A DNA stretch of 64,000 bases from Patescibacteria group bacterium (GTDB lineage: Bacteria > Patescibacteriota > Dojkabacteria > GCA-002793355), in NCBI GenBank assembly GCA_016860985.1, contig BOKM01000001.1, positions 220,185 through 284,184 on the forward strand, given 5' to 3'. The position numbers were made by a program, and so were the translations under genes. The notes under the pieces are model-generated. The model worked only from the letters and a program-made list of their open reading frames with translations. It was not told where the DNA came from and searched no databases. Positions 48,496 through 58,760 of the stretch are shown here, piece by piece (position 1 is the first letter of the stretch; each line of letters starts with the position of its first letter).

Positions 48496-49326
48496 CTACT
48501 TTACAATCGACACGCTTTGGATTCCCATTGATCCAACAACTTGACAAGCATCGATTGTCGAACCAGCAGGTAATAGCCCATATTCAAATTCAATATAGCT
48601 TGAACTTCCGACAACTGGAACGTAACAGGTTACATTAACGCCATCATTCACCCAATTTTTCTTATCGTTTGGATCAGAAACTTTTCCTTCACCTGAAACA
48701 AACACATGATACGACTCTTTTCGTAGTTCTTTCCAGGGCAGAATATTTGCAGCAGTATTGTAATATACGACTTGCGGTGTATATACATCGATAGATCTTG
48801 TTCCAATATCGGGTGGAGAATCTTTTGTTTCCGTACGTTGTTTAGTTTTATTCTCAACAGCATCGGCAGATAACAGGCTAATAGTCATATAACTGCTTGG
48901 TTCAAGTACAAAGTATTTAAGACCTTGGTTGTAGTAAATTAATTTACCAAACTCACGCATTTCTGATCCTTCACCATATATCTCTGACAATGAGGAATCA
49001 GAGAGAATTGTTTCTTGAGAAAGCTGCTTCCACCATGTATCTGTTATGTTTCCAGACAATAAGCGTGTTATATTTATCTTTGAATCTCCAAAAGGCAATT
49101 CCCATGAATCAGTGCTTTCTGAGTTGGCTTCCAAAGTAGGTGTTGGTGTGGGGGTTGGTGCTGGTTGCGCTCTATTCGTAGAATTAGCGAACCACACAAT
49201 TCCCAATATTGACACTACAAGAACGAGTGCCCCAATTACGAAAACACGAGGAGACACCGTTTTTCGTGGAGGTTCCGCGACCGCAGGACTTGTGACAAGT
49301 ACTTGGTCATTCACATTTACTTCCAT
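48496..49326 (-). CDS. Membrane-anchored extracellular protein
   Basis: N-terminal TM followed by a PT-repeat linker. Confidence 0.7.
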   Translation of the reverse strand: MEVNVNDQVLVTSPAVAEPPRKTVSPRVFVIGALVLVVSILGIVWFANSTNRAQPAPTPTPTPTLEANSESTDSWELPFGDSKINITRLLSGNITDTWWKQLSQETILSDSSLSEIYGEGSEMREFGKLIYYNQGLKYFVLEPSSYMTISLLSADAVENKTKQRTETKDSPPDIGTRSIDVYTPQVVYYNTAANILPWKELRKESYHVFVSGEGKVSDPNDKKNWVNDGVNVTCYVPVVGSSSYIEFEYGLLPAGSTIDACQVVGSMGIQSVSIVK

Positions 49327-49347
49327 AGAAAAAAAGTAAATTTATAC

Positions 49348-49430
49348 TGCCGAGAAGAGGACTCGAACCTCCACACCCTTACGGGCATCAGCTCCTAAGG
49401 CTGACGTGTCTGCCATTTCACCACCTCGGC
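49348..49430 (-). tRNA. tRNA-Leu (TAG)
   Basis: GCCGAGG/TCTCGGC acceptor, loop CTTAGGA, variable arm, GTTCGAGTC. Confidence 0.96.
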
Positions 49431-49444
49431 GTATTGGTATTTTA

Positions 49445-50164
49445 TCACTTTGGCTCGTTGAATGTAACCGATGGCGAGTTTGATGTAAGGTAGCCCCGCA
49501 CCATTTTTCCACCAACAAAGTGAGAAACCAGCGTTGCCATTCCATCGATGGCCTTTTCTAGTATGTCATATTCTTCTTTAGAAGTTGCTTCAACCACAAG
49601 TACCGCGTTTTTTGTGCCTTTCGATAAGATAGTTCGAGCTGCTTCGCGCCAGTTCCAACAACGGCAAATGACTCCTGCTTCATCTTTATAAAGGATCTCC
49701 CCTTTAAACGGACGTTCTGAGTTGTTGTCCCCGAGTAGCTCTGTTATCGGTTCTTCTCCTGTCGCGATTGAGAGTTCAAGATTACCCTGCATTTTATCGA
49801 CATCTTCGCCACCAATTGGCAGTTTATACTTAAGCGAGATGTAGTTATAAATATCCACCAAGGTATTGATATGCGACAAATCTCTCCCTTTCAAAATCAT
49901 TCTGGTTAGATTTTCTATAGAAGATCGATAGTCCGAGGGTTTAGCACCAAATTCTTTATAAATTGCTCTCCATCTGCTTACATACGGAAGTGCAGATACA
50001 GTGTCAATTGATAGTTCCTTTCTTATTTTTTGGGATTCTTCAGTAATCCTTTTTATTAGGTTGTTATTTTCCGGCTGAGAATTATCAATTCCCGTCACAA
50101 AAATATACCCAATACGAACGTCTGGAAATTTCTCAAAAATACGGGAATCAACCTTAAAGGTCAT
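49445..50164 (-). CDS. B3/4 domain protein (PheRS-beta editing-like)
   Basis: YRSSIENL, INTLVDIYNYISL, GGED, CRCWNWRE. Confidence 0.9.
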   Translation of the reverse strand: MTFKVDSRIFEKFPDVRIGYIFVTGIDNSQPENNNLIKRITEESQKIRKELSIDTVSALPYVSRWRAIYKEFGAKPSDYRSSIENLTRMILKGRDLSHINTLVDIYNYISLKYKLPIGGEDVDKMQGNLELSIATGEEPITELLGDNNSERPFKGEILYKDEAGVICRCWNWREAARTILSKGTKNAVLVVEATSKEEYDILEKAIDGMATLVSHFVGGKMVRGYLTSNSPSVTFNEPK

Positions 50165-50173
50165 ACTCACGAA

Positions 50174-50533
50174 TTACTCAGCTTTTGCAACCTTTTTTAC
50201 AGTTTTTTTTGGTGCTGCAACTTTCTTTGCTGGTTTTTCGGCAACTTTTACTTCTGCGACTTTCTCAGTTTTTGGCCAAACATTTACAACTGTTCGAACG
50301 CCGTTTGGTCTGCGAAGATATGAAAACTGCACGATACCTGCGACTCGAGATACAACGGAGCTATCACGGCTCAATTTTGTGTTCATTCCTGCTTTATAAA
50401 CAATACCTGTTTGTCGAACAAGAATTTGACCACCTTGAACAAATTGCCCTTGGTTTACTTTAAGACCACGTCGCTTACCTGCAACGTTTGCCTTCTGATG
50501 TGCATTTGATGAACCGGCTTTTACGTGCGCCAT
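50174..50533 (-). CDS. rpmA: 50S ribosomal protein L27
   Basis: MAHVKAGSS, GKRRGLK, GQILVRQ; Lys/Ala-rich tail. Confidence 0.95.
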   Translation of the reverse strand: MAHVKAGSSNAHQKANVAGKRRGLKVNQGQFVQGGQILVRQTGIVYKAGMNTKLSRDSSVVSRVAGIVQFSYLRRPNGVRTVVNVWPKTEKVAEVKVAEKPAKKVAAPKKTVKKVAKAE

Positions 50534-50554
50534 ACTGCTTTCGCTATAGTTTAA

Positions 50555-51694
50555 CTATCTCTTTTCGAGAATAATAATTTCTCTACCGACTACGTTATCG
50601 CGCTGAACCCACAGAAGAGAGCCAAGATCTTTAAGAAGTTCCGGTACTTTCCATGCTTCAGAGGAAGCCGATAGTGGTGGATTATACCATCTGCCCCCAT
50701 TGTTCGCAAGAAACGCAAATACAGGTTTTACAAACACCAGTCTTTGCCCTTTTCTTAAGCTTCGACTCGCAATCTGAAGAAGTGTTCCATACAAACGATT
50801 AATTATTTGCCACTCTTTTTTCGCAAGAAATTCGCTTGAGAAAGGCTTAAAGTGAGGCTTTCCTAAAAATGGTTCCGTTACAATTCCTGTAATATCATAA
50901 TCTGGTTTTGCTTTTTCGATTGACTCTGGATAGAGCCAGTGTTTTGCTTGAGATACGAGCCCTTTTTTGACTAACCATGACATATTTTGTTTTGCTTTTT
51001 CGATACTGTCTCTCGCTTTATCGGTACCTAAAACGGGGATACCAAGAATTGCTCCTTGCATTGCAATGGTTGCTTGCCCAACAAACGGATCCCAAATTTT
51101 TCCTTCTACTGTAACACCAGAGAGATTGATCATCATTCTCGCAAGTTTTGCAGGCAACATTCCGATTTTCATGTCTCGCGAAGGTCGCTCTGCATCGACA
51201 ATTGACCAAAACTGTGCGTCCTGAACTTGTTCTGTTTTAATAAGGTAAACCTTTTTATCGTGGGCTATTGCCGAAAATTCGTGCCCGCCTCGTTTTAACA
51301 CGTGTGCACTTACTGCAGGTGAATGTTGTGCCTCTTCGAATTTTCCATCATATTTGACTCCGGAGAGTTGCAGTTTTAGGTCATGATGAAATTGTCTTTT
51401 GTTTACGTGCACTCCAAAAAGGGAGAGAATATACTCTTTTCTTTTTTCGGATAAAAGAGAAGCTTTCAATTGTTCGAGTAACTCACTCTCAATACCATTC
51501 TTATCGTCCAACTCTGCAATAACCGTGCCGTAACGGGGAGTACCACCGAGCGCAAAAAATTGTTTGGAAACTTCTTCCTTTTCAATATCAAACAAAGCAA
51601 TTCCAAGCCATCGCTTTAACTCCTTCTTATTAAAAACAAGCCGAAGTTCCGCAAGCGAGAGTTCAGGATGTGAACCTAGAAAAAATGCAATCAT
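50555..51694 (-). CDS. Trm11/TrmG10-like SAM-dependent RNA methyltransferase
   Basis: LSLAEL, GMLPAKLARMMINL, WDPFVGQAT, IVTEPFLG. Confidence 0.8.
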   Translation of the reverse strand: MIAFFLGSHPELSLAELRLVFNKKELKRWLGIALFDIEKEEVSKQFFALGGTPRYGTVIAELDDKNGIESELLEQLKASLLSEKRKEYILSLFGVHVNKRQFHHDLKLQLSGVKYDGKFEEAQHSPAVSAHVLKRGGHEFSAIAHDKKVYLIKTEQVQDAQFWSIVDAERPSRDMKIGMLPAKLARMMINLSGVTVEGKIWDPFVGQATIAMQGAILGIPVLGTDKARDSIEKAKQNMSWLVKKGLVSQAKHWLYPESIEKAKPDYDITGIVTEPFLGKPHFKPFSSEFLAKKEWQIINRLYGTLLQIASRSLRKGQRLVFVKPVFAFLANNGGRWYNPPLSASSEAWKVPELLKDLGSLLWVQRDNVVGREIIILEKR

Positions 51695-51728
51695 ACGACA
51701 TTATACAGGAAAAACACAGATATGAGGA

Positions 51729-52049
51729 TTATTTTGTGACAATTTCGTCCACTCGAAGTCTGGTCAACTCTTCACGGTAACCCCATTGTTTTCGGTATCG
51801 TGATTTTGCTTTAAACTTTCCTGCTTCAAATTTCTCACCGCGGAATTGCTTAAGAATTGTACAAACTACTTTTGCTCCTTCTACAACAGGTTGACCAATT
51901 TTTGTGTCTTCACCAACTTGTGTTAGAAGTACTTCAGAAAATTCGATTTTAGAATCAACTTCACCTTCGATACGGGGCATGTCAAGATACTCACCCTTCT
52001 TCATGGAATATTGGTGCAGTCCTTTTCTAATAATTGCAAAATCAGTCAT
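51729..52049 (-). CDS. rplU: 50S ribosomal protein L21
   Basis: FAII...QY, IGQPVVEGA, KFKAKSRYRK..GYR. Confidence 0.95.
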   Translation of the reverse strand: MTDFAIIRKGLHQYSMKKGEYLDMPRIEGEVDSKIEFSEVLLTQVGEDTKIGQPVVEGAKVVCTILKQFRGEKFEAGKFKAKSRYRKQWGYREELTRLRVDEIVTK

Positions 52050-52055
52050 GGTGGG

Positions 52056-52084
52056 ATTGTACTAAACTGAGGAGATGGTGTCAA
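52056..52084 (-). promoter_or_regulatory. Putative sigma70 promoter of rplU (leaderless type)
   Basis: TTGACA-17 nt-TACAAT, ending 6 nt before the ATG. Confidence 0.7.
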
Positions 52085-52128
52085 TAATACTCCAAGGTAA
52101 GGGTATCTACTGCTCGAAAAGAATCAAC

Positions 52129-52929
52129 TTATTGAAGATACACTTTTTTAGGATTGTTCCAGATATTTCGCACGACCAATTCTTCCATCATGCGCTTTCG
52201 TTGGGATAATTCATGTTGCAACACTTGAACATCATCTGAAAAATTTTTCAGAGTGGCAAAACATAACAACCCTAATCTATGCGGATTAATTAATTTCTTC
52301 ACATCAAAACCTTTTTGCTGCAATATTGTATATTGATCCCTTGCAAGTGCATTCAGCTGAGAGCTATTTTCAAACACAGATTCCATGAGTATTGCCCTCG
52401 TTTCGTTAAGCAGATACTTATACGACTCCCTATAGGCAACACTTCCTTTTTCACAGGAAGCTAATTTATTATATACAGACTCGTGGTACTCGTTAATAAA
52501 AAGCCCCGATTCAATACACTGTGCTAGAAAGACATAGGTTTTTTCTCTCAATATATCCCTTGCCTCAACACTTTTGTAACCTGAAACATCGCCTCCATAT
52601 AAGTCGGTAAAATGTGCAGCTTCATGAACCAAAGTAGGAATAAGATCTGGTGTACTCAGCTGTAAAGTTTCATAGATACGAAGAATACCTGAGGTAGGTA
52701 CAACATCTGCGAACGTTAACAAACGGGTATTCATTCTCCCATCATGCTTTTTTAAGACAATTCCCGACATAGCAGAAACTGGCATGGCGCTGAGGGCAAG
52801 TAGCTCGTCAACAACAGTTAAGTACCGAACATCTTTAGGATATACTGCCTTACTTTGTGAATCGTCGAGTTTTAATTTACTCATTCTTGCTCCCGTATAG
52901 CTTCCGACGAGAGTTACAGCTTCGAACAT
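52129..52929 (-). CDS. Hypothetical protein with HExxH zincin motif
   Basis: TLVHEAAHF plus downstream NETRA. Confidence 0.6.
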   Translation of the reverse strand: MFEAVTLVGSYTGARMSKLKLDDSQSKAVYPKDVRYLTVVDELLALSAMPVSAMSGIVLKKHDGRMNTRLLTFADVVPTSGILRIYETLQLSTPDLIPTLVHEAAHFTDLYGGDVSGYKSVEARDILREKTYVFLAQCIESGLFINEYHESVYNKLASCEKGSVAYRESYKYLLNETRAILMESVFENSSQLNALARDQYTILQQKGFDVKKLINPHRLGLLCFATLKNFSDDVQVLQHELSQRKRMMEELVVRNIWNNPKKVYLQ

Positions 52930-52978
52930 GCATTATTATAGGACACTTCAATTCTTTTTACAACCGTATTTTGGCGCT

Positions 52979-53806
52979 TTAATGATTCCCTGCACTTAAG
53001 CGTTCAAGCGAGATCAGCATTCCAACTGTTCCCAATCGAGAAGCGATATCAGTTGCAAGTGCCCGAATATAGGTTCCTTTTGGCACTAACACTTGAATAT
53101 CAAGAAACAGATATCGTTGATTAGGTACTTTTTCGACTTCGAGCTTTGAGAGTTCAAGCGATTTTCTCCATTTTTCGAGCATAAAACTATATTTCTGCGC
53201 AGGATATCCAATCTCCTTACCCACGACATAAAAGCTTTCAAAACTTGCAATAAGTCGTTTTTCGGTTGCGGCAAGACTTGCAGCAAGCTCTGAAGCGCTA
53301 ATCTCCATCTGGTGCAAGATTACCCAATCAAGTAGCCTTGTTTCAACCACTCGCTGCTCTACCTCCTTACCCTCTCTCACGAGTTGATAGGCGGTTTTTC
53401 CCTTATGTTTTGCTGCATTAAGTGTTGGCAGTACCTGAGAATACTGGTGCGATAACTCCTTAAATATCTCAACCACTCTATTTTCACTGAACGAAGCCTG
53501 CAACTCAGGAATTCGGACAGGTAATTCTAAATCTCCTGATTCACTTGTTACTCCAAGAAGTATCCCTGAACGATATCGTTTTTCGCTTTCTAAATATTTC
53601 GTGAGTAACTTTGTTCCTTTGCCAATACCTAAAAGCATCATGCCTTGTGCCATTGGGTCTAACGTACCACCATGGCCGACTTTTAAGCCCGTTGCCTTTT
53701 TGTACATTTCTGTAAGTGCAGTACTGGGGATACCGTAAGGTTTAAATACGTTAATCAATCCATCAACAATAACTTTCTCTTGCACCCAAGTTTGAAGAAC
53801 CTCCAT
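52979..53806 (-). CDS. truB: tRNA pseudouridine-55 synthase
   Basis: KP.GIPS, KVGHGGTLDPMAQG, KGTYIRALA.DI. Confidence 0.9.
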   Translation of the reverse strand: MEVLQTWVQEKVIVDGLINVFKPYGIPSTALTEMYKKATGLKVGHGGTLDPMAQGMMLLGIGKGTKLLTKYLESEKRYRSGILLGVTSESGDLELPVRIPELQASFSENRVVEIFKELSHQYSQVLPTLNAAKHKGKTAYQLVREGKEVEQRVVETRLLDWVILHQMEISASELAASLAATEKRLIASFESFYVVGKEIGYPAQKYSFMLEKWRKSLELSKLEVEKVPNQRYLFLDIQVLVPKGTYIRALATDIASRLGTVGMLISLERLSAGNH

Positions 53807-53811
53807 AAAAA

Positions 53812-54561
53812 CTACCAGCCTCGTAGGATATTGTTTAGGATATTTGCCATTGATTTCAACCCTGGAACAACCGCTCGGTAATTAAGGTTAACGTAACCAA
53901 TAGTGCCAACATAGCCAATTGGTTGACCTTCAAAAAGGCGAAACGGAGTAAAGACAGCTATAAAATTTTCTAAATCTTTCCAGCCAAGTTCTGCACCAGA
54001 GAAGATACCAATACCCCCAGTCTGAAACTCATATCGCTGCCGAAAGAACGACGTCAAAAGCTCTGGGTCTTCAATAACATCCCAGAACTTCATGAGCCCA
54101 GATAGGTAGTCAGATTGAATTTTTTTTGGAAAATGTTCATATTCTTTTAATAATCGAGATATTCTATAAAACTGAATCACATCGTTATAAAGAATAAACG
54201 AGGGCTCGCCCGTCCATTTGTGAAGCGTCTTCATTGCATCACGCAAGAGAGATTGTACTTCGAATCGAGAGTTAAACAGTGTCTGGCCTTCTTTTACCAC
54301 ATCTACAAAATCTATCGTATCCTCTTGCATGAGGTTGTTAACATAGAAATACAACCCTTTGATAGTTGGAATTCGGCCCGAGGCGAAATGGCTTTTGGTC
54401 AAATATCCACTCTGAGAAAGTTCAAGAAATTCATTACGGAGGGTTGCTGAGCTCACTTCAAAATCGCCGGTCCTTAACAGCTCAAAAGAACTGATATCGT
54501 GCCCACTTTCAATAAATGATTCTACAAGTGCCTTTAAGATGAGCTTTTGTCTCTCAGTCAT
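53812..54561 (-). CDS. hrcA: Heat-inducible transcription repressor HrcA (short form)
   Basis: MTERQKLIL, SSATLRNE, HFASGRIPT.KG, GTIG...NY. Confidence 0.9.
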   Translation of the reverse strand: MTERQKLILKALVESFIESGHDISSFELLRTGDFEVSSATLRNEFLELSQSGYLTKSHFASGRIPTIKGLYFYVNNLMQEDTIDFVDVVKEGQTLFNSRFEVQSLLRDAMKTLHKWTGEPSFILYNDVIQFYRISRLLKEYEHFPKKIQSDYLSGLMKFWDVIEDPELLTSFFRQRYEFQTGGIGIFSGAELGWKDLENFIAVFTPFRLFEGQPIGYVGTIGYVNLNYRAVVPGLKSMANILNNILRGW

Positions 54562-54584
54562 GCCCAATTGTAGTATGAAAGCTT

Positions 54585-55175
54585 TTATTTAGCAATCGCA
54601 GGGCTAACTGCTGAAACGGTCAGGTAGCCAACTCCGAGCCCAAAGAGTAACCCCGTGGCAAACCGCCGTGGATTGGTACTCTCGTAAAAACCTCGTTCAG
54701 GTGCGAGTATATAAGCAAAGGTTTGCACTGAACCATCTAGAATGAGTGGTATGAGAAAAAGAATTGGAATAAATCTTGGTATTTTAATTCGCATTAAATA
54801 TTCGGCGACAATCACACCAAGTAGCAAACCTAAATACATTCCCGTACACCGCGAGCAAACACCAAATTTACAACCGAACTCGGAGTTGCACGTAAAGCGT
54901 TCTTTAAAGTCGAGTGTGAATATCTGACTGCTCGGTAGTTCATTCCAAACTCTCTCTTTGGAATACTGCAAAGCTTCTCCAAAAAGGTAAAAGCTTCTGT
55001 CTGCACGTTGGTGACAAAGAAATCCAAGTACACGATATAACAGATCTGCAACTTTGTTCACCCCTTGCTCTGCAAGGATTGGTGGCAAAAGAATCAACAT
55101 ATTAACACCTGTAAGCGCGAGCTTTAGCCAAGAAAGCGGATTATTTTTTTGTACAGTTAAAGAGGGTTGTTCCAT
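54585..55175 (-). CDS. DUF2085-like membrane protein
   Basis: CHQRADRSF, VCSRCTGMYLG, STNPRRFATGLLFG. Confidence 0.85.
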   Translation of the reverse strand: MEQPSLTVQKNNPLSWLKLALTGVNMLILLPPILAEQGVNKVADLLYRVLGFLCHQRADRSFYLFGEALQYSKERVWNELPSSQIFTLDFKERFTCNSEFGCKFGVCSRCTGMYLGLLLGVIVAEYLMRIKIPRFIPILFLIPLILDGSVQTFAYILAPERGFYESTNPRRFATGLLFGLGVGYLTVSAVSPAIAK

Positions 55176-57273
55176 TTTGCTCCCATTCTATTTTGCAAAG
55201 ATTTCGATATATATCTGTATTTAGAGTCTTATTCTTATCTGTTGCCCACACCTGTTCTTGGTCGCCAAACACCACGTAGGTGATTTCGTACTTCTCAAGT
55301 AGCAATTTCACTTCGTCGGTATCAGTCGATGTGTACAATTTCTCAACATCGGTTATACGCTGAGCTACACCCATGGGGACCAATTCTCGAGTCTTGGATT
55401 GTATGCCCTTTCCATCATAACCGTTATACCACTGCACGTTATGCAAAGGCCACCCAGTTACGGCACTTAAGCCAGTATACGCAGATACTCGTGCGTAGTA
55501 AGAATACGAATCATAGGTCACAACTTCTAATACAGTTGAGTGTGGTTTTGTCAAAAGGTATGAGACTAGTGAATAATCTTCACCATGCCCAGTGCTCATA
55601 AAGGCATAGCCATTACTCCAGCGGGGATCAACCACTCGCTTGATTGTAATTTTTTCAAAGTTTGGAACGATGTACTGGTCAATCGCAATAACAGGATAGG
55701 AGAGCATTATCGCAACAATTGCAAAGAACAAACCATACAAGGGGAACAATACTTGTGGTTTTTTTAACTTTTCGAACCCTTCCTTAAAAGCCGTAAGGAA
55801 TAATGACGCCGCACCTAGCGAGAAGAATGCCCACGCATGAAAATATATTTTGAAAACAGTATTAGTACGGGCATATGGAGGGTTAAGAACAGTGAAGACA
55901 TCTTTGGCGTATACGAACTCGACAGCAAATACGAGTACAACTCCTACTGCAATCAATAGCACCTGCGACATCACAGCAGGCGAAAACAGGAAGGTGTCGA
56001 AATGCTTTTTTAGCACAAATTTCTTAAGCAATAGGAGAATTGCCACTGCTCCAAGTACAGTTAGCAAAAACTGCCCAAAGAGCATAAAGAGGTCAAAAGG
56101 ATTACTAAACGTCGTATTTAAGCCAACGCCACCAACAGGCGGGAGATAATAGGAACGGGAAGAAAGAAACTGTGGAATGCTTGCCAAGGCTACGGGCAAT
56201 CCGACGAACAAAGCAAGTTTTTTTATCCACTCAACAATCGGCTTCCAATCCAATTTCTTATAGATTCTCATATACAGCACAATTGCTCCTGCAAATATCC
56301 CCCCCTGTGCAGCCAATGCAAACACGTCCCAACTATTTGTAAGGTACAGATGTCCTAACAAAATTCCTAAAAAGACACTCTTGGGAAGCGTTAATTCCTC
56401 GCTTTCTGTAGCTCCTTCTGTTGCTTGTTGTTTTCCAAAAAAGATATCAATCAGTACGAAAATACCAACTAAAAAGAAAGGATAGGAAAGGTAATGACCG
56501 TGCAAGTCACCCAAAATAACAGAATACCCAGGGAACTCATTAATAGTATAAGGAATAACACGCGTTGCAGAAGCAAACCACTGAGTTCCTTGTGAATGCA
56601 TTATTGCCTGGATTATCAAGTAAAAATTACCGCCAAATGTCATGACAAAAGAAACAAGAAAGGCAACCATATCTGTGAGCCGAAGGGAGCGCGCGACCAA
56701 ATAACCTGCTTGTAGAATCCAAACTCCAAACAGAGAGATGGCAAGGTTATACCCAACAGCAGTTGGAATTTGGAGCATATATTGGAATAGACCAAGTATA
56801 AAATGCCCAAAATAATAGTAGTTCATATAAAAACCTGATAACCAAGGGTTCTCTATCGGAATGTGATTTTGCTTCATGATGGTGTTAATAAGCGCAACGT
56901 CCATCAATTTTTCAGTTCCAAGAATATCGGGTTTAAAGGTTCGAATATACACAAGAAAGAGATAAATAACATACGACAGCAATTCAACACCTAAAAATAC
57001 GAGGAGTTCTTTTTTTGAGGGGAAACGTAAGCGATTCCGTCCAAAATAGGTTGCAAGTCCAATAAAGGCGAGGTAAATTGCACATGCCCAAGGAATCAAC
57101 GTAGTCCACCCTTTACCAGTAAATAAAGCCATATACCACAGTAAAAGGGAGAAAATCGTAATACCTAAAAACTTATAAAAAACCAAAGGATATCGTTTTG
57201 GAAAGAGCGATGACCCCAGTAGGTATCCCGCAACCGCAAAGGCTTCTGTTGCTAGAAAGTAAGTATGTATCAT
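55141..57273 (-). CDS. DUF2298 (YYY) membrane protein, putative GT-C glycosyltransferase
   Basis: GTEKLMD, NYYYFGH, TINEFP, GDLHGH, NSWD, RTNTVFK. Confidence 0.88.
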   Translation of the reverse strand: MIHTYFLATEAFAVAGYLLGSSLFPKRYPLVFYKFLGITIFSLLLWYMALFTGKGWTTLIPWACAIYLAFIGLATYFGRNRLRFPSKKELLVFLGVELLSYVIYLFLVYIRTFKPDILGTEKLMDVALINTIMKQNHIPIENPWLSGFYMNYYYFGHFILGLFQYMLQIPTAVGYNLAISLFGVWILQAGYLVARSLRLTDMVAFLVSFVMTFGGNFYLIIQAIMHSQGTQWFASATRVIPYTINEFPGYSVILGDLHGHYLSYPFFLVGIFVLIDIFFGKQQATEGATESEELTLPKSVFLGILLGHLYLTNSWDVFALAAQGGIFAGAIVLYMRIYKKLDWKPIVEWIKKLALFVGLPVALASIPQFLSSRSYYLPPVGGVGLNTTFSNPFDLFMLFGQFLLTVLGAVAILLLLKKFVLKKHFDTFLFSPAVMSQVLLIAVGVVLVFAVEFVYAKDVFTVLNPPYARTNTVFKIYFHAWAFFSLGAASLFLTAFKEGFEKLKKPQVLFPLYGLFFAIVAIMLSYPVIAIDQYIVPNFEKITIKRVVDPRWSNGYAFMSTGHGEDYSLVSYLLTKPHSTVLEVVTYDSYSYYARVSAYTGLSAVTGWPLHNVQWYNGYDGKGIQSKTRELVPMGVAQRITDVEKLYTSTDTDEVKLLLEKYEITYVVFGDQEQVWATDKNKTLNTDIYRNLCKIEWEQNGTTLFNCTKK

Positions 57274-57377
57274 GCTACTATGATGAAATAGAATTCCCCA
57301 AGGCTAACGCCCTCAAGGACTTCGTCCTTGGCAGAACTCCGTTCCGCCGGGTATTATATTACTAACTCAGTAATAGA

Positions 57378-58760
57378 ATGAGTAATTATATACTAGATTC
57401 ACAAGGGATACTGCTACGGCTTGCGTTATCACTCTTTATAGGTTTTCTTGTTGGTATCGACCGAGATGACAGTTGGCAAAAAGCAAATGCTTCTTTACGT
57501 TCACGTTTTTCGTTTGTTAGACCAGGTAAACCAGCAGTTGGACTTGGAGGAGTAAGAACCTATGCGATACTCGCCATACTTGGAAGCATGCTTGGCACGC
57601 TTTATTATATAGATGCACGCACCTTGCCATTAATGCTAATCGTATTTTTTGGAATTGTGTCATACATCAGCATTGCGTATTTCCTTAATTTTTTTGACCG
57701 ACACACACTAGGGCTCACTACTGAACTTGGAATGCTTCTACTTTTCGCTGTAACGTTTGCTCTTGGGGCACACTTACTTGATTACCGCATTGCACTTGGC
57801 ATTGCCGTTTTAGTATCGCTTATTTCAAACTTAAAAGTTGAATTCAGAAATCTTATCGGCTCCTTTACAAAAAAGGAGATTTTAGAATCAATAGAGTTTG
57901 TCGCAATTTCTGCCGTTATCCTACCGTGGCTTCCAAATGTTACTATTACACTCAATCAGGTACTCTCTTTTATAGGTCTTAATGCCGGAAATTTTGGTAG
58001 TATTGCCATTCTCAACCCCTTTCAGTTCTGGATGGTTGTAGTATTTATCAGTGCGCTCAATTTTGCTGGATATTTTCTTGCTAAAACACTTCAATCTTCC
58101 TCTAGCATTTTGGTCACCGCTTTTCTTGGAGGGTTAGTATCTAGCACTTCGGTTACTCAATTCTTGGCAAGCAAAAGTAATGCAGCAAAAACTTCAGCCA
58201 CAAGTAAGCTTCTTGTGGCTGCGGTTCTATTAGCAAATATGACCAGTTTCATTCGTATACCGCTTATTGTGCTTGCCTTAAACCCTTCATTATTTACATC
58301 GGTTGTTCCTCCCCTATTTTTGCTTACACTCGTCACCCTAGTTATTGTTTTTCTTCTACGAAAAAATGGGGCAACAAAAGAGAGTGCGGTAACTATTTTT
58401 GCGTCGCCTTTGGCACTAAGGCCAGCACTTATGTTTGGGTTTCTGTTTTTGATTGTTTCGATTGCATCAAATATAGGAATTGCTGTGCTTGGAAAAGCAG
58501 GTTTTATCGCCACAGCACTTATTGCCTCTTTATCAGGGCTTGATGCAGTCACCTTGGTTACGGCAAGAGCTGTACCCGAAACTATTCCGATGCTCGTAGG
58601 AACAGGCGTACTTCTTGGTGCTACCGTCACAAACCTTCTGTTCAAGCTTGGTGTTATCGGCGTGTATGGAGAAAAACGATTTAAGAAGCTCTCTTTTCTT
58701 TGGCTTGGGGGTATTACCTTGCTCGGAGCGCTTCTTTTATTCGGTATAATTCTCCTATGA
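57378..58760 (+). CDS. MgtC/SapB family membrane protein (DUF4010)
   Basis: IGFLVGIDR, GVRTY, GLTTE, GGLVSSTS, SGLDA. Confidence 0.88.
   Translation: MSNYILDSQGILLRLALSLFIGFLVGIDRDDSWQKANASLRSRFSFVRPGKPAVGLGGVRTYAILAILGSMLGTLYYIDARTLPLMLIVFFGIVSYISIAYFLNFFDRHTLGLTTELGMLLLFAVTFALGAHLLDYRIALGIAVLVSLISNLKVEFRNLIGSFTKKEILESIEFVAISAVILPWLPNVTITLNQVLSFIGLNAGNFGSIAILNPFQFWMVVVFISALNFAGYFLAKTLQSSSSILVTAFLGGLVSSTSVTQFLASKSNAAKTSATSKLLVAAVLLANMTSFIRIPLIVLALNPSLFTSVVPPLFLLTLVTLVIVFLLRKNGATKESAVTIFASPLALRPALMFGFLFLIVSIASNIGIAVLGKAGFIATALIASLSGLDAVTLVTARAVPETIPMLVGTGVLLGATVTNLLFKLGVIGVYGEKRFKKLSFLWLGGITLLGALLLFGIILL

Noticed and set aside
49327-49347. tRNA-associated element after tRNA-Leu
   Set aside because: Only 21 nt separate the tRNA from the next gene; no hairpin or core motif is present
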